25,316 bases of DNA from a virus. Its lineage: Duplodnaviria > Caudoviricetes. The stretch lies in the IMG/VR virus record IMGVR_UViG_3300032320_001311, positions 1-25,316 of that record. One strand, given 5' to 3'. Within the stretch, counting starts at the first letter, position 1. Every line of letters begins with the position of its first letter. The notes below the pieces were generated by a model. The model ran no database searches and was not told where the DNA came from. It was given only the letters and a program-made list of their open reading frames with translations. This document shows positions 18,390-24,867 of this stretch, piece after piece. Position numbers and translations under genes: made by a program.

Positions 18390-18400
18390 GCATATTTATT
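18390..18400 (+). repeat. GCATATTTATT direct repeat, right copy (contains ATATTTAT promoter motif)
   Basis: Identical to 16926-16936. Confidence 0.6.
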
Positions 18401-18435
18401 GGTGTATCTCCTTGGGAGATCACTAATTTTTATTT
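18399..18435 (+). terminator. Stem-loop followed by T-rich run, possible intrinsic terminator
   Basis: TTGGTG-T-ATCTCC-(TTG)-GGAGAT-CACTAA then TTTTTATTT. Confidence 0.45.
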
Positions 18436-18448
18436 ATCTTCACGTATC

Positions 18449-19189
18449 ATGAAATTAAAAGTAATTAAGGAAGCACCGAAAGATTTAAAAGCAGTATTAA
18501 TTGCCGGTCCATCTAATGCGGGCAAATCACAATTTGTTAAATCAGTTATTCCTACTGAATATCAAAAGTATGTATTAAATCCTGATAAATTTTATGAGCC
18601 TGAATTAGCTAAAATTGGTGGGGGTTCAATGAACATGAAAGATTTTTCACCTGAACAATTATCAGCAGCCGCTAAAGCACAAGCAGTAGCTGTAAAACAA
18701 TACAGATCGGAATTAGAAAAAGCAATTGGTGATAAACCAGTTATTTTGGATATTACAGGTGGTAGCTTTAATAAAGTAAAAGAAACTAAAACAAAATTAG
18801 AAAGTCAAGGATATGATGTGATGATGGTATTATTATATGCATCACCTTATACTACTTTGTCTCGTAATCTTAATAGAGATAGGTCATTAGATCCAGGTAT
18901 CGTGTTACGTAACTGGGAAGATGTGATTAAAAATGCAGAACAATATGAGCAACTTTTTGGTGCTGACCATTTTGCTTTAATAGATAATGACCCCGAAGGT
19001 GCTAATAAAAGTTTTGATTTAGCTGATGTTGAATCACTATTTGAAAAGTCTAAAATTTGGGCTTTAATATCCGACGAAGATAAAATAAAAATAGAAGCAC
19101 GTATCAAAGAACTTATAGATAGAACTGAAGATGCTCAATTTGTGGCATTTGATGAATTAGCAACTAAATTAAAAGGATTTTTAAAATAA
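18449..19189 (+). CDS. P-loop kinase, Zeta-toxin / AAA_33 (polynucleotide kinase)-like
   Basis: Walker A 'IAGPSNAGKS', 'VLNPD', 'VILDITG', 'GYDVMMVLL' and lid 'SRNLNRDRSL'. Confidence 0.8.
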   Translation: MKLKVIKEAPKDLKAVLIAGPSNAGKSQFVKSVIPTEYQKYVLNPDKFYEPELAKIGGGSMNMKDFSPEQLSAAAKAQAVAVKQYRSELEKAIGDKPVILDITGGSFNKVKETKTKLESQGYDVMMVLLYASPYTTLSRNLNRDRSLDPGIVLRNWEDVIKNAEQYEQLFGADHFALIDNDPEGANKSFDLADVESLFEKSKIWALISDEDKIKIEARIKELIDRTEDAQFVAFDELATKLKGFLK

Positions 19190-20079
19190 TGGCAAACATA
19201 TATTTTGATATGGATGGTGTATTAGTCGACTACTTTGGTGGTTTGAAAGATACTGCTAAAAAATTAGGCGTAGCCGAAGATGATAATAAAGCTATTTGGG
19301 ATGAAATTAATAAAAATCCTATTGAATGGTGGACTAATTTAAATCCAATTCCTGATGGCATGAAATTATTTAATGCTGTAAAATCTAAGGAACCATCAAT
19401 TTTATCTTCGGCGGGTGCTAAACAAGAAACAAAGCAAGGTAAATTAGCTTGGTTAAAAAAGAATGGTTTGTCTCCTTATTTAAAAGAAATTGTATTTGTA
19501 AATAACAAATCGGCAAAAAAGAAATATGCCCAAGATGGTGACATATTAATTGACGATAGAAAAGATAATGTTGCTGATTGGGAAATGGCTGGTGGGAAAG
19601 GATATGTGTTTAATAACAATTCAGGACAAATTTTACAACAATTAAAATCTGTAAAAGAAAATTATTGGAAAAATTATTTAAATAAAAAACGTTTACAGGA
19701 AAATATAATTAAAGAATTTCCTAGTCCTTTCTTTCCAACAATTAAAAATTTTGTTGATTTTGTAGGTAATAGACTTGAATTAAAAGACGTTCCTAAAGTT
19801 CATATTATTAATTCTCCAAATTTCTCTCAACAATATAAGAGTTTTGGTGGATATTTACCGGCACAAAATAAAATTTCTGTTGTTGTAAAAGGTAGAGGTT
19901 TAGCAGATATATTAAGAACAATTGCTCATGAAATGGTTCATGCGCATCAAAAAGAAGCAAATAAATTAGATATAACCTCTGGTGAAACTGGTTCTCCTAT
20001 TGAAAACGAAGCAAATGCTTTAGCAGGAGTTATTATGAGAGATTATGGAAAAGAAAATCCAATGATATTTGAGTTATGA
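19189..20079 (+). CDS. HAD 5'(3')-deoxyribonucleotidase-like domain fused to C-terminal zincin metallopeptidase-like domain
   Basis: HAD motifs 'YFDMDGVLVD', 'ILSS', 'GK..W', 'ILIDDR..N...W...GG'; C-terminal 'LRTIAHEMVHAHQ...ENEANA' (HExxH at 19927-19941 plus a downstream Glu). Confidence 0.8.
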   Translation: MANIYFDMDGVLVDYFGGLKDTAKKLGVAEDDNKAIWDEINKNPIEWWTNLNPIPDGMKLFNAVKSKEPSILSSAGAKQETKQGKLAWLKKNGLSPYLKEIVFVNNKSAKKKYAQDGDILIDDRKDNVADWEMAGGKGYVFNNNSGQILQQLKSVKENYWKNYLNKKRLQENIIKEFPSPFFPTIKNFVDFVGNRLELKDVPKVHIINSPNFSQQYKSFGGYLPAQNKISVVVKGRGLADILRTIAHEMVHAHQKEANKLDITSGETGSPIENEANALAGVIMRDYGKENPMIFEL

Positions 20080-20591
20080 TAAATTTAAAAGAATTAATTG
20101 AAGAAGAAGGCATAACATCCTATCAGATCTATTGTGATATGGATGGTGTTATTGCCGATTTTGAAGCCCGTTTCGATCATTTTTTCGGGATGTCTCCAAG
20201 TGAATATGAAGCTAAAAATGGCCGAAGAGCATTTTGGAACCAAATTGATAATAATATAGGAGTTAAGTTCTGGGTTGGTATCCCTTGGATGCCAGACGGA
20301 CATCAACTTTGGGATTATATTAAAAAATACAATCCAATCTTATTATCCTCTCCATCCACATCAGAATCAAGTCGTATAGGTAAACGCTTGTGGGTAAAAA
20401 AATACTTACCGGGTACTAAATTAATTTTAGCATTTCCTGATCAAAAAGCAAATTATTCTGGTGAAGGAAAAATATTAATAGACGATAGATTAGAACCAAA
20501 CATCCAAATGTGGAGAAATAAAGGGGGTATTGGTATCCATCATACAAGTGCCAGCGACACTATTTCGCAACTTAAAGAATTAGGTTTATGA
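20076..20591 (+). CDS. HAD 5'(3')-deoxyribonucleotidase-like protein
   Basis: 'IYCDMDGVIADF', 'FW...PWMPDG..LW', 'GKRLW', 'ILIDDR', 'W..KGGIGIHH'. Confidence 0.85.
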   Translation: MINLKELIEEEGITSYQIYCDMDGVIADFEARFDHFFGMSPSEYEAKNGRRAFWNQIDNNIGVKFWVGIPWMPDGHQLWDYIKKYNPILLSSPSTSESSRIGKRLWVKKYLPGTKLILAFPDQKANYSGEGKILIDDRLEPNIQMWRNKGGIGIHHTSASDTISQLKELGL

Positions 20592-21160
20592 GTGAATCAC
20601 AATTAAAAAAAGAATTCTCTCAACGCGATGTAAAGCGTATGAGAGATTTGATTACCGGAAATTTTGGTGATAGAACACAAGTTCAGGTAGGTTATGAAAA
20701 ACAAAACCAAGAATATCAGGAAGATGATATTTGGGAGGAAAGTGGTAAAGTTTGGACTATTAAAAACGGTATCAAACAAACAGTTACTAAGTATGATAAT
20801 TTAAAACGCATGGTTTCTATGCCTTTAACTTGTCCTAATTGTGGCCGTCATATGAAAGTACATGAATACAATAAAAAGATGTGGGCAATCCATAAAACAT
20901 GTTTTGATTGTGTGATTGAATACGAAACTAAGTTACGCCAAGAAGGTAAATTTGAAGAATACCAAAAAGGCATCATGAATTTAAACAAGGATGCATTATT
21001 AGACGAAACTTTAGAAGCAATTGATGATTGGGCCAGCATAACTAGTACTTTTGTTAATGAAGCAGGTGATGTCGAATCGTGGGGTGGTGGTGCTGTTAGT
21101 GCAGAAGAAGTACAAACATTGAAAGAACAAATTAAAGAATTAAAGAAACGATCTATTTAG
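20588..21160 (+). CDS. Hypothetical protein with CxxC...CxxC zinc finger
   Basis: 'LTCPNCG...HKTCFDC'; ATGA overlap with the upstream gene. Confidence 0.75.
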   Translation: MSESQLKKEFSQRDVKRMRDLITGNFGDRTQVQVGYEKQNQEYQEDDIWEESGKVWTIKNGIKQTVTKYDNLKRMVSMPLTCPNCGRHMKVHEYNKKMWAIHKTCFDCVIEYETKLRQEGKFEEYQKGIMNLNKDALLDETLEAIDDWASITSTFVNEAGDVESWGGGAVSAEEVQTLKEQIKELKKRSI

Positions 21161-21161
21161 A

Positions 21162-21169
21162 ATATTTAT
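21162..21169 (+). promoter_or_regulatory. ATATTTAT motif, putative phage late promoter
   Basis: Fills most of a 13-nt intergenic gap, 4 nt before ATG 21174. Confidence 0.65.
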
Positions 21170-21173
21170 CGCT

Positions 21174-21467
21174 ATGAACGATAATATTTACACTGTTTTG
21201 ATGACTGCTGTTACAGTATTAGGAAGTGCTGCGGCTTTTCGTTTTTATGAAAAAAAGTCAATGCGCAAAGAACGTGATGAAGAATTTATTCGTCATGACT
21301 GTAAAGATAGAATATCTAAACTAGAAGCATTACTTGAACGTTCAGCATCAGAAAAAGATGAGTTACGAACTATGGTATTAGGACTTACCAAAGAAGTGGC
21401 AGCTTTAACCGTTAAGGTTGAATTCTTAACTGCCGAAAATAATAAACTCGAAAGAGCATTAAGATAA
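21174..21467 (+). CDS. Membrane-anchored coiled-coil protein (possible lysis accessory protein)
   Basis: N-terminal hydrophobic helix IYTVLMTAVTVLGSAAAF followed by a long heptad-repeat region. Confidence 0.65.
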   Translation: MNDNIYTVLMTAVTVLGSAAAFRFYEKKSMRKERDEEFIRHDCKDRISKLEALLERSASEKDELRTMVLGLTKEVAALTVKVEFLTAENNKLERALR

Positions 21468-21491
21468 TTAAATAATTTAGATATTTTTCGT

Positions 21492-21499
21492 ATATTTAT
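21492..21499 (+). promoter_or_regulatory. ATATTTAT motif embedded in an inverted repeat
   Basis: Intergenic copy 31 nt before ATG 21531; lies in the 5' arm of imperfect hairpin 21490-21526. Confidence 0.6.
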
Positions 21500-21530
21500 A
21501 TAGAGATAACTCTATTTAAAATATACAAAT

Positions 21531-22193
21531 ATGCCCTATACATCAGTCGGTAAATGCGTTTACAAAAAGAACGAAGACGGTAAACGTGGTGAAAAGGTAG
21601 GATGCACAAAAGGTGCAATTAAAGACTACTTAGCCGCATTATACGCTTCAGACAAAAACGAAGCAAAATTAGCACATCAACAAATCAAAGAAGCACTTCA
21701 AGATAATGTTGACCCAACAACAGCAGCTCTTAATATTGATGACCAATTAGGTACATTCTTTATTGTGCAAAAACCTACAAAAGATGCAGCGGTTGAAAAT
21801 ATTGTGTGCGAAGGTGATTTATTTACTATCGCTAACTTATTTAAACGTGGTTTAGATTTTGATAACGTGTTTGGCCTATATAAAACCGCAGAAAAAGCTC
21901 AAAGAGTTGGTGAATCATTAATTAAAGAAATGAGAAACCAAATGAGAGAAAATCTTAAAGCAGGTGATGTAAAAGTATCTGAACTTGAACAAGATATTCA
22001 AGATACTAAGATGGAAATTGAACATCATATGCAATCAGCTATGACTGAACCTGGTACTCGTGACGCACGCTTTGCCGATGCTGAAAGATTATTAGATGTT
22101 CTTAAAGCAAAAGAAGCTATGTTAGCTAAATTAAAAGGTGCTTTAGAAACAGAAGTAAAAAAATTAGACGAAGCAGAAAAAACTAAAAAATAA
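21531..22193 (+). CDS. Hypothetical protein: basic Cys-containing N-terminal module and coiled-coil C-terminus
   Basis: 220-aa ORF; 'MPY...GKCVYKK...G.KVGCT....KDYLAALYA' then helical regions containing IKE sites. Confidence 0.75.
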   Translation: MPYTSVGKCVYKKNEDGKRGEKVGCTKGAIKDYLAALYASDKNEAKLAHQQIKEALQDNVDPTTAALNIDDQLGTFFIVQKPTKDAAVENIVCEGDLFTIANLFKRGLDFDNVFGLYKTAEKAQRVGESLIKEMRNQMRENLKAGDVKVSELEQDIQDTKMEIEHHMQSAMTEPGTRDARFADAERLLDVLKAKEAMLAKLKGALETEVKKLDEAEKTKK

Positions 22194-22573
22194 TGAATTC
22201 ACTAGCAGCATTCCTTTCAATATTATTTGAAGCAAGAAAACAAGCACATATCTATCATTTACAAGTTAAAGGATTAGGTTCATATGCCGCTCACAAAGCG
22301 TTAAATGAATTCTATGATGAACTTTTAGAATTAATTGATGGTTTAGCTGAATCATCCCAAGGTAAGTACGGTATAATCACAGGTTATACTAATGCCTTTG
22401 AAGTAAAAGATCTTAATAATATCCAGGACGCATTATTATTCGTTCAGGAATTAGCATTACTTGTTGAAGTAGAAAGAGCAACAATTCCTCAAGATTCATA
22501 TATTCAAAATCAAATAGATGAATTAGTAGCTTTATTATATTCAACCGTTTATAAGCTCCAAAACTTACAATAA
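22193..22573 (+). CDS. Ferritin/Dps-like four-helix protein (DUF5856-like)
   Basis: 'QAHIYHLQVKG.GSYAAHKALNEFYDEL....DGLAE..QG.YG' and 'IQN.IDE...L...T.YKL' resemble the Dps ferroxidase pattern. Confidence 0.75.
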   Translation: MNSLAAFLSILFEARKQAHIYHLQVKGLGSYAAHKALNEFYDELLELIDGLAESSQGKYGIITGYTNAFEVKDLNNIQDALLFVQELALLVEVERATIPQDSYIQNQIDELVALLYSTVYKLQNLQ

Positions 22574-23349
22574 TGTCAGTAGACTTAAAAGTTTTAATTA
22601 GAGAATCTATTGAGCGTCTTTTAGAAGAAGATGTTAAATTTGCCGAAGGTGAAACAGTAAAAACTACCGATGGTAAAAAAGGTGAAATAACCTTAGCTAA
22701 ACATCCATTCTATGCTATCGCATTAAGTGATGGCTCTACTAGATCATATCATTTTTCTGATTTGATTAAGGGCGTTCAAGAAAAAATGGAATACAAAGGT
22801 GATAAAAAAGATTTATCTCCTGCTTTAGAATTTCATATTAAAAATGGTTTAAGTTTATTTGAAAATGTATTTCGTCCTGAATCAAAAGCTTATTTTGATT
22901 TATTTGCTGAGGCAAGAAAATTATACAACGAAGGTTTACTAAAATTAACCAAAGAAGAAATTGAATTACTTGAATCCGGTATAGGTGAAACAGTAATTTT
23001 AGAAAATAAAACAGTACATTTAGGATTGCCATTTTTAGGTGACCCTGAATTTATTAATGAAGCCGAGGATAAAAAACAACCTGCTTTAGGTAAACCCCAT
23101 AGAGGTGGTTCTAAAAAATTCTACGTTTATGTTAAGAATCCTAAGACAAAGAAAATTAAAAAAGTATCTTTCGGTGATACAACAGGATTACGTGCAAAAT
23201 TAAATAATCCAAAAGCAAGACAAGCATTTGCTGCTCGACATAAATGCGCTCAAAAGAAAGATAGAACAAAAGCATCATATTGGTCATGTAGATTACCAAG
23301 ATATGCTAAACTATTAGGTTTTAAAACATCATTCAGTGGATATTGGTAA
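22573..23349 (+). CDS. Multidomain phage protein with SH3/KOW-like N-terminal and basic DUF6321-like C-terminal domain
   Basis: 'FAEGETVKTTDGKKGEI' beta-barrel-like segment; C-terminal 'LGKP.RGGSKKFYVYVKNPKT..IKKVSFGD......K..NP.AR..F.ARHKC.......A.YWSC' is a motif I recognise from T4-like phages. Confidence 0.7.
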   Translation: MSVDLKVLIRESIERLLEEDVKFAEGETVKTTDGKKGEITLAKHPFYAIALSDGSTRSYHFSDLIKGVQEKMEYKGDKKDLSPALEFHIKNGLSLFENVFRPESKAYFDLFAEARKLYNEGLLKLTKEEIELLESGIGETVILENKTVHLGLPFLGDPEFINEAEDKKQPALGKPHRGGSKKFYVYVKNPKTKKIKKVSFGDTTGLRAKLNNPKARQAFAARHKCAQKKDRTKASYWSCRLPRYAKLLGFKTSFSGYW

Positions 23350-23605
23350 GCCATACATCGATTTAGAAGTCACAGACGAATATATTATACGAGAGTTCAA
23401 TGAGGATATAGACCCCATTGAACTTCTCTGGCATCGCGATGATGAAGATCGCTTAATTGAAATAATAGGAGATACAAACTGGTCTATACAACTAGAAAAC
23501 CAATTACCAGCCTCCATGAACAAGCCCATATTTATACCAAGACATGAATGGCACCGAACCATTAAGGGAACGGGCAAGTTGCGTATAAAAATACATAAAT
23601 TATGA
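23336..23605 (+). CDS. Small cupin-like protein
   Basis: 'ELLWHRDDEDR.IE' and 'IFIPRHEWHRTIKG.G.L.IKI' fit cupin motifs 1 and 2; GTG start uncertain. Confidence 0.7.
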   Translation: MDIGKPYIDLEVTDEYIIREFNEDIDPIELLWHRDDEDRLIEIIGDTNWSIQLENQLPASMNKPIFIPRHEWHRTIKGTGKLRIKIHKL

Positions 23606-23859
23606 GCTTTATTAAAGACTTGTTCAAAGACAACAACGACATCAACGAAAAATCAGTAGTTGGATTCCTATCATTCATTTGTATGGTAGTTGCCCTAATT
23701 GTAGACCTAGTAACGGGAGCAATGGGTAAAGAAATGGTAATTAATCAATTTATTTTCGATGGCTTCCTAGTAATTACTTTAGGTGCTTTCGGTATTGCTT
23801 CTATTGACAAATACATCAATAGAAAAAACGAAATCGAACAATTAAAAATTAAAGACTAA
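23602..23859 (+). CDS. Putative holin (two transmembrane helices)
   Basis: Hydrophobic segments VVGFLSFICMVVALIVDLVTG and FIFDGFLVITLGAFGIASI, charged C-terminus, TAATG-coupled to the endolysin. Confidence 0.6.
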   Translation: MSFIKDLFKDNNDINEKSVVGFLSFICMVVALIVDLVTGAMGKEMVINQFIFDGFLVITLGAFGIASIDKYINRKNEIEQLKIKD

Positions 23860-24458
23860 TGGATTTAACTAAATTAAAAGGCCATGTGCCTGACACTGTA
23901 ATCAATCAAATCCCTGGAGTAATGGATAAATTCCAAATTAATACTCCACTACGTTTAGCACACTTTTTAGCTCAATGTGGGCATGAGAGTGGTGGTTTCC
24001 GTTTAACTAAAGAAAACTTAAACTATAGTGCTAAAGGTTTAATGGGTATATTTAAAAAATATTTTCCATCCGAAGCAAAAGCAAATGAATATGCTAGAAA
24101 ACCTGAAAAAATCGCAAATTTGGTATATGGTAACAGAATGGGTAACGGCCCTGAATCAACAGGTGACGGAGCTAAGTATTGTGGTCGCGGCTATATTCAG
24201 TTAACCGGTAAAGACAACTACACCGCATTCGGTAAATCAATTAATGAAGATATTGCAGCTAACCCAACATTGGTTGCTGACAAATATGCTTTATTATCTG
24301 CTGCTTGGTTTTTTACCAAAAATAAATTACATTTAATGGCTGATGAAGGCGCTTCTGATTTAGTTGTTACTAAAATAACTAAGCGTGTAAATGGTGGTAC
24401 AATTGGTTTACCTGATCGTATCAAACATTTCAAAGAATATCATGCTTTATTAGCATAA
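23859..24458 (+). CDS. Endolysin, glycoside hydrolase family 19
   Basis: 'RLAHFLAQCGHESGGF', 'ENLNYS', 'YGNRMGNG....GDG.KY.GRGYIQLTGKDNY', 'SAAWFF', 'ITKRVNGG.IGL.DR'. Confidence 0.93.
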   Translation: MDLTKLKGHVPDTVINQIPGVMDKFQINTPLRLAHFLAQCGHESGGFRLTKENLNYSAKGLMGIFKKYFPSEAKANEYARKPEKIANLVYGNRMGNGPESTGDGAKYCGRGYIQLTGKDNYTAFGKSINEDIAANPTLVADKYALLSAAWFFTKNKLHLMADEGASDLVVTKITKRVNGGTIGLPDRIKHFKEYHALLA

Positions 24459-24459
24459 T

Positions 24460-24467
24460 ATATTTAT
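24460..24467 (+). promoter_or_regulatory. ATATTTAT motif, putative phage late promoter
   Basis: Intergenic copy 10 nt before ATG 24478. Confidence 0.65.
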
Positions 24468-24477
24468 ATATCGCAAA

Positions 24478-24864
24478 ATGATAAAACTAGCTGATATATT
24501 ATGTGAATTTATTAATGAGGATAGATGCCAAAGAATAGCAAATAAACGCTATGACAAACCCTCAGCATATAAATCAGGAGCAATTGTTCGTTGCCGTAAA
24601 GGTAATATTTGGAAAGGATTAAAAGAAGAAATAGCCTTACAAGAAAAAGAAACTTTACGTAAGTGGTTTGATAGACAAGGGGCACCAGGAAGTAGTGGAG
24701 GTTGGGTAGATTGTAATACTTGTCGTGAAGTAGATGGAAAAAAGAAATGTAAACCTTGTGGACGTCAAAAAGGAGAAAAGCGTGCTAAGTACCCATCATG
24801 TCGTCCCACACCCTCACAATGTAAAAGACCCGGTAAAGGTAAAACCTGGGGTAAAACAAAATAG
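24478..24864 (+). CDS. Small basic Cys-rich protein with two modules (PSAYxSG and LRKWF...CGR...YPxCRP)
   Basis: 128 aa, Lys/Arg/Cys-rich; leader MIKLADILCE and internal linker LKEEIALQE. Confidence 0.75.
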   Translation: MIKLADILCEFINEDRCQRIANKRYDKPSAYKSGAIVRCRKGNIWKGLKEEIALQEKETLRKWFDRQGAPGSSGGWVDCNTCREVDGKKKCKPCGRQKGEKRAKYPSCRPTPSQCKRPGKGKTWGKTK

Positions 24865-24867
24865 AAT

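Noticed and set aside
5313-24433. Short minus-strand and alternate-frame ORFs in the track (5313, 9020, 11382, 13909, 15309, 15945, 16561, 17385, 17649, 18847, 20094, 20848, 22838, 23329, 24218)
   Set aside because: All are overlapped by well-supported + strand genes and show no recognisable motifs; treated as shadow ORFs.
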